A stretch of DNA of 64,000 nucleotides, from the NCBI GenBank assembly GCA_000388065.2, contig KB932206.1. One strand, 5' to 3'. Positions 1 to 11,421 of the stretch are shown piece by piece. Origin of the DNA: Fonticula alba ATCC 38817. Lineage: Eukaryota; Protista; Nucleariida. Each line of letters starts with the position of its first letter. The first letter of the stretch is position 1. Below the pieces are notes generated by a model, which saw nothing but the letters and a program-made list of their open reading frames with translations, was not told the DNA's origin and searched no databases. Both the position numbers and the translations under genes were made by a program.

Positions 1-275
1 TCTCTCTTCCCCCTGTTGCGTCATGCGCCTCCTTCACCCTTGCTCCCGGCATGGAAAATGCGCACACACAAGTCCGTGCATGTGCGTGGCCGGTCTCCCT
101 TCTTTGAATTTCAATATCAATTTCACGACAAACTCCCAAAAAAAAAATACACGCCCAATGCGCGCGCGCATACACACACACACACTCCAGGGGGTGCTCG
201 GCTTTATGTGGCGGCACACGCGTCTGGCTCGGCCAACAGGAGGAGGGGGGGAGGGGCGGGTCTGCGAGGATTGAC

Positions 276-299
276 GGTCTTTTTTGGTGTATTGTCTCA
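276..299 (-). promoter_or_regulatory. 24-bp 3'-end motif, copy 1 (minus strand TGAGACAATACACCAAAAAAGACC), overlapping the stop codon of the upstream gene
   Basis: 22/24 identical to 3382-3405; contains AATACA, a poly(A)-signal-like hexamer. Function is inferred. Confidence 0.4.
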
Positions 300-1772
300 C
301 AGGGTGTCCCAGCTGGGGAAGAGGCCGCCCACGCCGGAACCGCCGCCGGAAAGAGGAGCGGCCGGCGGGAGCCCGACCTTCACGCCGAAGCTCGGGGAAA
401 AGACCGTCTTGGAGATGGCAATCAGGTCGGAGTAGGCCACGCGCGAGTTGTGGCTCGAGTCCTGCAGGGGGGGGGGGGGGGGGGGGTCGGGGCCACACAT
501 GTCGAGTGCACCACGGGAGACGCGAGTGAAATAAACGCGCGAAGGGGGTGAATATGGTGCAGGAGAGAAGTGAACCGCATGAGGATGGCCAGAGCACCAT
601 GAGGACGACGTACACGCAGGGCATCGCCCATCGGGTCCGAGCTACTCCCATAGGCCAGGGCCGTAATGCGGGAGAGGCGTGAGGAGCCGGCGGCGCTGGC
701 GGCGGCGCCTGTCCCACCGGGCGAGGCGCCGACCCCCGAGGAGGCCCCCCCAGGGAGAGGCCCCTCATCCGAGGCAGAGGCGGAGGCGGAGGCAGAAGCG
801 GACGTCGGGTCGCCTCCGGCTGGGCCCGCGGCGGCCCGCTGCGCGGCCCACTGACGCTGGCGGCTTTGAAGGTGGGTGGTGGTATCCACACCGGTGGCAT
901 TGCCCAATTGCCGGAGCACCTGCCGCAAGGACGCGGCAATGCGCCCGTCAATATTTTGCGTGAGGGACTCATTCAGAGTGACTGGCGGTGGGGAGGGCGC
1001 ATCGGGAGTGAGCGGGCCTGGCGGCTGGGATGTCAAGTGGTCGGCGGCTCGAAGCAGGCGACAGAGATCGGCAAAGCGGCAGAAACGCACCCAGACGCTT
1101 GTAGTTGGACGACCGCGCCGGACCGGGCCCAGTGGATGGGCGAATGCCGGCGGCATGGGCCTCGACAGCCGACGTGGTTGAGGTCCGGCGCGCCGGCGAG
1201 CCCTGCCCCGGTGAGGCCTGCCCCGGCGACGCAGAGGCCGTCGGGTAAAGGGAACCGCTTGACGAGCTGGACGGTAGTTGGGGCTGTGGGGTGGCCGGGC
1301 ACGCATCGCCATGATCCAGGGAGGCTGGCAGGGGGGCAGGCGGCGCAGGCTCCTCCAGTTTAGCGCCCGGGTCGATGTCCGACGCGGAAGCGCCCGAGGT
1401 GGGGGCGGGGCCGGGCCCGGCCGGCTCGCTGGGCGCCTCAGCTTCGGCCGGCTCGGGAGGTGCCTCACAAACCTGCTGGCCGGCGCCGGAGATGTCCTCG
1501 GCAGCAACTTCGGGAACACCAGGAGTGTCTGGAACAGGAGCCGAATCAGGCTCAGCTACGGTGCTCTCGGCTGGAGCTGCGCTGACATCGGACTCAGCGT
1601 CGGCCACAGGCGCGGCCACAGGCGCGGCCACAGGCGCGGCCACAGGGGCGGATACAGAGGCGGATACAGTTGCCTCAGTGGGTGCGGTGCCGGCAGGGTC
1701 GGGGCTGGCGACAGGGTCCGCCTCGCCGGCAACGACGCGACGCCGGCGTCCAGCAGCACGCGGAGGGGCCAT
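297..1772 (-). CDS. Hypothetical Ala/Pro/Ser-rich protein, 3 exons (1772-1091, 1017-614, 461-297)
   Basis: ATG at 1772 (MAPPRAAGRRRR). Phase-consistent introns 1090-1018 (GTGCGT..CAG) and 613-462 (GTACGT..poly-C-CTGCAG) join ORFs 969..1946, 422..1519 and 297..500. Ends ...GLFPSWDTL-TGA. No family motif recognised. Confidence 0.55.
1601..1648 (-). repeat. 12-bp coding tandem repeat x4 (plus strand CGGCCACAGGCG), encoding (APVA)n
   Basis: Directly visible; last copy imperfect. Confidence 0.9.
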
Positions 1773-2374
1773 TGGATGGGGAGAAAAAGAAGGAGAGAGA
1801 GAGGGGGGGGGGGGGGAGGGGGGGGGACGGCCATGCACCCGCCAATACGAGGCGCCCCCGGTGTCGGTGGGCTTTTCTCGGCATTTGATCCCCGGCCCCC
1901 TTTCCTCGGCCCCTCGTCCTCTGTATGGTCGGACGATCAGTCGCATCTAACTTGGGCAGGGGCCCCGGGCGGGCGCGCAAGGGGGGAGAGCGAGAGGTGG
2001 ACTGGTGCGGCCCGCTGTGCGGGGGAACATTGTTGTGCGCGCTCTGTTGCGTGCGGGCCGACGTACCGAGCGCCGGCAGACGGTTCGTGACACGATCATG
2101 TGTGGAGTTGCAGTTAATGCGGTGCTCCCTGGCCGGGGCGGCGATAGTTAAGGCCTGGGGCCATTTAGCTGGCCGATCACTTCCCAGGGACCACGCCGAG
2201 CAATCGCCCCCCGCACCCGCCCTTGCATGCCCCCTCCCCCCCTCCCCCCCCCCCCCCCCCCCCCTCCCGCCTCCCCTCCCTGCTCCACTCTCGCACCTGA
2301 ACCTTTTTTTCTCTCTTTCCCCCCCTCTTCCCCTCTCGGGAGCAAACAAGAAAGGCCCCCTGCTGTCTCGCGCT

Positions 2375-3360
2375 ATGGATCGCGGCCGATCGTCATCCAA
2401 CATCCGCCAGTATGATCCCCTACTGGCGGGGGCACCTACTGGGCAAGCGGTGCTCTACCATGACCGGGGGCTGATCCGCGCGGCACAGGCACGGCCGATG
2501 CATCGGAAGCACTTGCGTGAGCTGCGATTCCCTCCGGCGCCGGAACAGCCGCCAGGGGAGGCCCCTTTGTCCCGGCGCGTGGCGGTCCGGTCGCCTGTGA
2601 CCTCGGCCCTGACGCCAGGTGACTTTGGGCTGTCAGCCGAGGCGCCGGCCCCGGCCCCGGTATGCGCCCCTCCGCCACCATCACCGGCCCCCCCTCCACG
2701 GCGCCGGGATCCCACCCCCGACGACGCGGCCAATGCGGCGCACATCCTCCACACGAAGAGTCTCTTCCTTGGCCGGCTGGTCCCTGCATTGGACACCTTC
2801 GACCTGGAGGGGTTCCTTACGGCTGCCGCCGGCCCGGTGGAGCATCTTGACCGGGTGGTGGACCAGCGTGCGTACATTGCGACGGCCTTCTGCCTGGCTC
2901 TGGCCTTGCCCTTACGTGCTTTTTGTCCGCCACTCCCTCTCCCGCCCTCTCGGCGCACATCCCCCCCCCCTCGCCCTCCTCCGCATGCCCGACAGGCGAT
3001 GGGTCCCTCCGGCCGTATGCTTTCGTCACATTTCGCTACGCCCACCATCGGGACCGGCTATACCACGCAGCGGACGCCGGGTCCGGGCTGCTTCCCCTGG
3101 GCAACGGCTTTTCCATCTTGGTGGATGCGGTGCGCGGGGCCGGGCCCCGTATGGAAGCCCCGGTCGAGGGCTGCCCTGGCCGCCGGCGTACCCGGCTGGC
3201 GGACACCCTGATGCCGGGCTGGGTGCCACGACGCCTGGGTGGCGGTCTCGGGGGGCGCATCCAGAGCGGGCAACTGCGCTTTGGCGGCCGGACAACGCCT
3301 TTCCGCTCGGGCCCGGTGGCGCCCCGACGGGGGCCCCCCTTCCGCACTCGCCCGCGCTAG
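2375..3360 (+). CDS. SNRNP35: U11/U12 snRNP 35 kDa protein (minor spliceosome RRM protein), 2 exons (2375-2867, 2996-3360)
   Basis: YDPLLAG..HDRGLIRA, SLFLGRL (RNP2), spliced VVDQRDGSLRPYAFVTF (RNP1) and [30 protein letters not shown] match remembered human SNRNP35 ([45 protein letters not shown]). Intron 2868-2995 is GTGCGT..CAG and in phase. Confidence 0.9.
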
Positions 3361-3381
3361 TGCCGGTGCACCCGAGCCCAT

Positions 3382-3405
3382 GGTCTTTATCGGTGTATTG
3401 TCTCA
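3382..3405 (-). promoter_or_regulatory. 24-bp 3'-end motif, copy 2 (minus strand TGAGACAATACACCGATAAAGACC), in the 60-bp gap between convergent genes
   Basis: 22/24 identical to 276-299; contains AATACA and GATAAA on the minus strand and TGTA on the plus strand. Confidence 0.4.
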
Positions 3406-3420
3406 AGGAAGGGGGCTGCC

Positions 3421-6400
3421 CTACACGCGCAGGGCAGCTGGACGGCCGGCCGCCGGGTCTGGTCCTCCGCCACCTGGCACGACATCCGGGTAGCCGAAGT
3501 CCAGGAGAATGCGGCGACGCAGGGCCGGCTCTAGGTCCGCGGTGTAGGAGATCACTCGGCCATCCCGGCCGGCGCTTACCAGGAAGGTGTCCCCATCAGG
3601 CCCGGCCCCCAGGCCCAGGTCGGCAAGCTGTGCCATACAGGCGTCCGGCAGCAGATGCCCGATGGGTGTCGGGGTGGCGACACTGGCGGGGGCGCTTCTG
3701 GCAGCGACAGAAGCAGCGGCCGCAGCGGCCGCCGTGGTGGTGGTATTGGTATTGGCAGCGGTGGCAGCCGGCCATCCTGGTGACTGGTCCGTTGGCCACC
3801 CTGCCGGCACCGACTGGGCCGGCGCCGGGATGGCTGCCAAGGCGGCTGTCCCCGGGAGGGTGCCATTCTCCGCTGGGCCGCACCGCCGGCGCCGGCGCCG
3901 GCGAGCATCGGCCTCCGGCGAGGAACGGGGCGTGTTGGGCCCGGCGGCCGGGCGCTTGGCGTCCATCCCCGAGCCGGGGGCCCGGCGCCGAGTGGCCGCC
4001 AGCAGCGGGCTTGCCAGGTGCTTGAGCCCGGTGACCACATGCCCGTGAGACTCCCAGCTGTATGCCACTTGTGGGGCAGGCTGGCGGCTGGGATCGGCCA
4101 GGGATACGGCCAGGCGCCCGGGAGAATTGGCGCCAGCCACTCGGGCTGACAGCAGGCTACGCAGCTCATAGGTATATACCCGGCCGTCGGAGCCCCCGAG
4201 GAAGAGGAGTCGCGCGTCGGCCTCACGACCGGCGGCCGCCGCGGCACTGGCCTCATCCTCGCCTCCGTTGGGGGTGCAGGGCTCTGTCTCGGCCCCGGGG
4301 CGGATCTCATCGACCAGGAGCAGCGAATGCTCGGTCAGTGGGGTGGTGGCGATGCTTTTGGCCCACACGCCCTCCGGGAGGGTGATTTCCAGGAGCGGGC
4401 TGTCAGCCAACCGGGCGCTCGGGTCGGCGGGGTTGACAACTGCGCCCATGTGCAGGAAGGGTGTCAGTAAGAGCCGACATGTGTGACTTCCCTCCTCCCG
4501 TCCAGGAGGGAGGGGGGGGCGGAGCAGGAACGGCACGGGCGAAAGGGCGCGCTTTTCGCCGGGCCCCGGGGAAAGACCGCGAAGAGGATCACAGGCCACC
4601 ACAACGCACAGACCACCTTGCCGCAGGACAGCGAGCAGGCCACCAGGGAAAAGGCGCTGACCGACACGCCTGGGACCTCGCACAGGGTCACCACCGGCGA
4701 GGCGAACAGCCATACCGCCAGCTCGGTCGGGGCGGTTTCCTCCTCCGGGTGCAAGCGCCAGAGGCGCACGCTCCGGTCGAATGAGCACGTCATGACCAGT
4801 GGCAGGCCGCCATGCGAGTATGCCGCGCGGATGGCCGCCGGGATGGACCGCTCCCCGGGGACAAGGCCCTGCTGCTGTGAAACATACTCCGGGGCAAACA
4901 GCTCCAAGGTGGCCGGGAACCGCAGGAACACCGAACAGTAGATGTCCGACGCGTGCCCCGCAAGCTGGTGGGCGACGGCAGGGGCACGGAGGGCAGCGAA
5001 GGGCACGGGCGATGAGATGGCCCGAGGAGGGGACCGGGGGGGGGGGGGGCAGGGGGGCGGCCACATGCGACCGTGGGTCCGGCATGGGCGAGGGGCACAG
5101 GAGGCGGGCGTACGGTGCAAAGCTGGCGCAGTTCGGGCGTGCTGGTCCGGCCAGCGGCCGACACGGTCCAAATGTGGACCATGGTATCGAAGCCGCCGGT
5201 GGCGATGAGGACATCCACGCCGCCGGACCGGGCCGTGTCGAGACCGGCGGTTTCCGGCCGCGTCCATGAGCCGATGGTCACCAGCGGGCCCTCGTGGGCC
5301 GGAAGGGCGACATGGGCCGGTGATCCGCCGAGCGCCAAGGCCGGGAAGAGATCCCGGCCGGGGGCGGCGGCTGGCCCGGGGTGCGCCGAGCTGGCCGCCG
5401 GCAGGAGCCACGTGTAGGTGACGGACAGCCAGCCGTGCGAGTCGCCGGTCAGGGCGATGCTCCGCCCTGCGGCCGGCTCATTCGCCGGGGCCGAGGCGGA
5501 TGCCCCCCGATCGAGAGACACCAACCGCACGGCCAGGCAGGGCCCGCGAGTGGGAATGCTCCCGCCACGAGCCGGCGCCCGGCGCAGTGGCAGCGCCAGC
5601 ACCTGGCCGGCGGGTGTCGGTGCCGCGGCCGGCGGCGGCGGCGGCGGCGGCGGCGACTGGTCGCGACCCGCGCGCGCGGCCTGGGGCGACAAGATCAGTG
5701 ACAGCTTGTCGCCCAGCTGGCGGAAGAAGGCCAGCGCCGGGCGCACACTCTCGGGCCGAGGCATGCCCTCCTCCAGGGCGGGCAGCGGCGGAGCCGGGGG
5801 GACATCGCCCGGGGCCTGGGGCTGGGCCTCATCGATGGGGGGGCCGCCGGCGGCCACCGGCGACATGCCCAGATCGTCGGTGGAGTTGGGCCCCGTCGGC
5901 CCGGGGCCTGGCGGCGCAGCGGGGCTGGCAGGCGGCCCCGTGTCGAACCAGCTAAGCAGACGCCGAATGCCCGGGGGGACGTTGGAGGGCCCCTCGGCCT
6001 GGGAGGCCGGGGTGGCCGAGGCAAGGGGTGCTGTGGCTGCGGCCGGGGCAACGCCGGCAGCGGCATCTGATCCGGCCGGCGAGATGCCCTCGGGCGTGGG
6101 CGGCACCACGCGGCCCGGGCTGGCCTTCGCCTCGCGCTGGCATGTGGCCACGGCAGTGGCGTCGATCGTTCCGCCGGCCGACTTGGCCAGGTGCCGGAGA
6201 ATTGGCGAGTCCGGCAGGGTGATCTGGCTGAGGAGAACCCCCTCTTCGGGGTCCAGGCCGGGAGTCGGATCGCCGAGGTCCATCCGACTGACCAGGATCG
6301 CGCGGCTGTCCTTGGCTGCGACGAGTATCCACCCTGCGTCGACGTCGAGATCGAACAGGTCCACCGGGTCGGGGCGGGTGTCGGGACTGTCCTCGCGGTG

Positions 6401-7130
6401 GGTCTCCGGTGGCACACTGAGCGGCCCGGGGGCCAGGCACGAGGAGGCATCTTTCGGGTGAATGCCAGGAGCCGGGTGAGTTAGTGCGAGGGCAGGGAGC
6501 GGGGCGGCATGACAATGGGGTGATGCACATGTGTGCGTGTGCATGTGTGCGTGTGCATGTGTGCATGTGTGCATGTGTGCGTGTGCGTGAATGAGGCAGC
6601 GGACAGCGAAGAGGCAGAGGAGGATGAAGAGCGAGCACAGGGCGCAGAGGGCCGAGGCAAGCGGGAACATCGCGCGCACCGGACTCGGGTGTGGGAAGTA
6701 GGGCCGTGGCCGCCTGGCCGGCGAGCAGGCCGCGCAGGGCAGCCCGCTGCCCGGCCTGGCGGACAAGGAAGTAGTTGGCCTGCGCCAGACCAAAGCGAAA
6801 AGCCAGGCTGCGGTGGCAGTGCTCCATGTACACAAAGCGCCACAGGTTGAAGGGTCGCGGGGGCCGGTCGCGCGGGGCGCTGAGATCATTGCGCCAGATG
6901 TTGACGTCGCATTGGTCGAGCTCCGGCGCAAGCCAGCCCTGGCGAGCGCAATGGGCACGCCAAAGGACCGGGTCATCTTGACAAGCCACGCGCCAGCGTT
7001 CACTGACCCCGGCGCAGGCCAGCAAGTCGGCCACCGGCAGGTGGAGGAGCACGCGACGAAAGAGGTCTGCCGGCAGGACCACAGCCGGGTCGGTGCACGG
7101 TTGTCGGAGAGGCGAGGGGGCTGGTGTCAT
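3421..7130 (-). CDS. F-box/WD40-repeat protein (SCF substrate adaptor), 4 exons, with long low-complexity inserts
   Basis: N-terminal F-box LPADLFRRVLLHLPVADLLACAGVSERWRVACQDDPVLWRAHC. WD40-like repeats include HEGPLVTI..IATGGFDTMVHIW, GHASDIYC..MTCSFDRSVRLW, LFLGGSDGRVYTY and HGHVVTGL..LVSAGRDGRVISY. Intron 6679-6451 has a CACTAAC branch point. Confidence 0.8.
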
Positions 7131-7618
7131 GTCGCGGGAGCCGCGCACCGGCTGGTCATCGGAAGGGCGCGATGCGACGATAGGGCGATAGGGGGCGGGA
7201 GAGGGGAAGGAGAGAGAGAGAGAGAGAGAGAGACCGAGGGAAAGCTAGTGAGCTGGGACGGGCGGGAGGATGTTGGCGGAGAAGGAGGTGGATGATGACA
7301 TGAAGTCTGTCTGCCGGGGAGGGGGGGGGGAGGGTGGGAGTATGTCGCTGCCACTTGTTCTCGGAGCCTTGGTCATGTTGTCGGCGGCCATGGGGCCGGG
7401 CGGAGGCACTGCCGGATCTATGGCGCTGCTGAGGGCGGTGAACAGGAAGGTCCGCTAGCGCCGGGTTGGATGTCAGATCGCGAATGAGGGCAGCGAGCGG
7501 GGGAGATCTTCGCCTCGCGGGGGTCCGAACGGGAGCCAAGCAAGCGTCCGCGGTCCTGTAAGAGGGGCAGATCGCCAGCAGCCTGGGGCCGTTGCAACGC
7601 ACAAAGATCGGGAAAACC

Positions 7619-7661
<43 letters not shown>

Positions 7662-9858
7662 GGGCGGGTCAGCAATTGAGACCCCCTTGTCCCGGACGGC
7701 AGACGGACAGAGCATCGGAAGGGGGCGGGCCAGCAGCACAGTGTGCCCGTCGCAACCGGCTTATTTTCCGGCAGGTTGAGCAGGGACCCGCACGATCGGC
7801 ACAGATCGCGCCCCGGGACCCCCGCTAAAAGGCCGGGGCCGCATGAAAATGCCACCCACAGCCACGTACGGGGGGGGGGGGCAGGGAGTGCAGTGGAGTG
7901 GAACATTAGCGGCGCGCCCCCCCCCCCCCCTCTCCGGAAGGCCGCCAGGTCCAACGGCCAGTCCTGCGAGGACCTGGGTGGTGCGGCGACGAGGTCACGA
8001 ACACCCAGAGCCTTCCGGTGCCCCGGCCAGCGGCAGGGTGAAGTCCCGACAAGAGACTCCCCCGCCACTTAGCTCCCAGTGATGTGCTCGCTCGCCCAAA
8101 GGAGCTGGCAGCGCCCATATGATGGACAGCTGCTCCAAACACATGTCTATATTGCCCCTCTGCTCTGCGCGAGAGGGGGGGGNNNNNNNNNNNNNNNNNN
8201 NNNNNNNNNNNNNNNNNNNNNNNNNNNNNNNNNNNNNNNNNNNNNNNNNNNNNNNNNNNNNNNNNNNNNNNNNNNNNNNNNNNNNNNNNNNNNNNNNNNN
8301 NNNNNNNNNNNNNNNNNNNNNNNNNNNNNNNNNNNNNNNNNNNNNNNNNNNNNNNNNNNNNNNNNNNNNNNNNNNNNNNNNNNNNNNNNNNNNNNNNNNN
8401 NNNNNNNNNNNNNNNNNNNNNNNNNNNNNNNNNNNNNNNNNNNNNNNNNNNNNNNNNNNNNNNNNNNNNNNNNNNNNNNNNNNNNNNNNNNNNNNNNNNN
8501 NNCGCCAACGCCCCCCCCCCCCTCCCCCCTGGTAGCGTGCCGATCGCTTTGATCCCTGCCAGGGGCTCACGCTACGAACTCCCCAAAAGCCCCCGGCCCC
8601 GGCCCCGGCCCCCAGCCAATGATGCTCCCTCACTTGCTCCTGACCAGGGCTCCACCTGTCCATCTATGAAAAATGATTCACTCGCCCTCCCGGCCCGGGG
8701 GAGAATCCCCGGCCAACCGTTGGGCGTTGCTCGGGTCCTGGTGAGCCGTTCGTCCTCGGCATGAATGCAAGCATGCACCCACACGGCCGCCCGCCCGCCC
8801 GCCCGCCCGCCCGCTGGAGGCCCTGCCATGATCGCGGCCTGGGCGCGTGAATCATCCCCCGCCCGCCTCCCGCTGGGCCATCTAGGGCGGCCACTACCGC
8901 CGGCTAGACCCAGCCAGACAGGCACCCACGCACCCCCCCTCTCGTGCATGTCTTTTCTGGTAGATTTATATTTAATTGGTTCGGGGCGTAGTAATATTAC
9001 AGGGGGCAGAGAGAGAGAGAGAGAGAGAGAGGAGGGGGAAGTAAAGGAGGGGCAGATACCACGAATGCATGACTGAGAGACGCTCCTAGAGGTGGAGGGA
9101 AGAGGAGGAAAAAAAGCCCCAGGAACATCCCACCGCGCGCACGCACGCACACACGCGCACCCTTCCCGGAAATCTTGGCCCCTGGTAGGGGGGGGGGGAT
9201 CAGATACGAAGGCAGGGAAGGGTGGGGGGCGCCACGGCTGGTGGAGGAGGAAAATGGAGAGGCGTCATCTCAAACGAGCAAACGGGGGGGAGGAGGAGAG
9301 GAGCATGACGGGGGGGGGGGGGATAAAGGAGTGTCTCCCCTACACGGACCCGCCCCCTCCCCAACTCATCGGGTAACGGAGAAGGGGGCCGTGCGCGGGG
9401 AGAGGTGCGACAGCGACGAGATGGCAATGCGCCCACCGCGGCGCATGGCGCCCCTACCTCCGCAAGTGATGCACTTTCCCCGTCCCATGCGGAGGAGGAG
9501 GGAGAGGACACACAAGAGGGGAACGCACGCGTGCGCACTGGCCCACCCGATGCCTGGCCGGGCTGACCGGCACAGGGACGAGAAAGGCAGAGGGGAGAGA
9601 GAAGGAAAGAGGGCGTCACGAGGCCGGCTTGTGACTGTGAAAATGGAAGGGGAGATGTGCGTTTGCGCCCCGTCCCTCGCCTCGTCCTGCCTCCGTCCGG
9701 CTCCCCTGCGCGGTCTCCAAGGAGAAAGGTGGAGAGAACATGTGCGGACAGCATATGGAGGGCGAGAAGGGGAGAGGAGAGATGAGCGGGCTCTCATGCA
9801 TCGGAAGTGCGCGGCCGCGCGGCCGCGCGCGCACCGGAGGAACATCGCGCCTTCTCAC

Positions 9859-11421
9859 TTACAGGAAGTAGTCGGTGGTGGTCCGGCGGTGAGGGGTGTC
9901 TGGCCCGGGCTGGTTCGGGGCATCCTTGAAGATGGTGAACTGCGGCATGAGCGACTCATCCAGCTTGAGGATGGCGGCCACATTGTTGCACCGGTAGCAG
10001 TAGTTTGGCGCCGACCAGACGGTGACGATGCGCTGGTCGAACATGTACTTGTAGCCCTCCATGACCAGCTGATGTGCACGAGCGATGAGCGAAAGGCCGT
10101 TGGCATCGTTAAACTGTGAACGATTCCGGGCAGGAGGGAAGGGAGCAAAGATGGGACACGTGTGTGCGTGTGTGCGTGTGTGCGTGTGTGCGTGTGTGCG
10201 TGTGTGTGGAGGGGGTGGTGGTAGAAGAGCGGCGAATGAGTCAGCGAACACCGAAGGACCGAACGGAAAGGGCGACCCGGAGGGAGGATGAAAGGAAAGC
10301 GCAACGAGGAGAAGGGAGCAAGAGGGGCAAACAAGCAGGCACGCACGCCCTCCACCACGTCGCGGCCGAAGAGGAAGCCAGCCCCTCGAGGGCTGACACC
10401 CCAACTGCTGATTTCCTCCGGGTCGGACCAGAGCAGGTCGCACATGGCACCCTCGTGCGGGACCTCCTGCTTGCGGTCAATCGTCCGGATCTGATCCAGG
10501 GTGTTGATGGACGGCGACAGACCACCATGCACACAGAACACCCGGTCGGACACAATGGCCGAGAGACTCAGGTGGTCGAACACCTCGCAGCAGTAGCGCC
10601 ACACATTGACCGAGTTGTACTTGCGCACACACTCGTCGTAGAAACCGTAGATCTGGGTGATCTGTCGCGACTCGTGGTTCCCGCGGATGAGGGTGATCCG
10701 GTTGGGGTAGCGAACCTTGAGGGCCAGCAGCAGGAGGAAAGTCTCGATACTGAAGTGGCCACGGTCGACGAAGTCACCTGTCGGGGCAGCGAAAAAGGGA
10801 GGCAGAAAGGAAGGTGTGTCGGGAAATCAGTAAGGAGGCACAGGCGAGGGGGGCCGGAAGGCGGAGGAGGAGGGGAGGGGGTAGAGGGGAGCGGGCTTGA
10901 AAACGCACCCATGAACATGTAGTTCTCGTGGGGCACCTCGCCACCAATCTTGAAGAGCTCCATCAGGTCCCAGAACTGGCCGTGAATGTCGCCGCAAATC
11001 TGCCAGTCGCAAGCCGGGCGGGAGGGAGGGAGGGCGGGAGGGCGATGGGGGGGGGGGGGAGTCAGCTCCGGGCGCGAGGACGGGAACAACAGCACACAAG
11101 GGGGCAACAGCAACTGGGCAAGCCCCGGAGCAGCGGGGGCGCAGGCGCACAATGACCGGCGGGTCGACGCGCTGGACGTTGCTCTCCTCGACGAGGATCT
11201 CCCGCGCGCGAGAGCACAGCTGCTTGACCTCCCGCTCGGAGATCAGCTCGCAGCGCTTCAGCTTCTCGATGGCGCTGCGAATGGCAGTCCAGCAACGAGG
11301 CGGATGATTAAGCGATGTCAGGGGAGACAGCGGATGATGTCGAGCTGGCAGCACATGGGAAACCAGGAAGAGAGGGAGGCAGAAAGAGGGAGAGAACGCA
11401 CGCATCAAGATTGAGCGACAT
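9859..11421 (-). CDS. PPP4C: Serine/threonine protein phosphatase 4 catalytic subunit (PP4C/Pph3), 5 exons
   Basis: Spliced product [105 protein letters not shown]-terminal DYFL. The [12 protein letters not shown] and DRKQEVPH signatures favour PP4 over PP2A/PP6. Confidence 0.95.
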
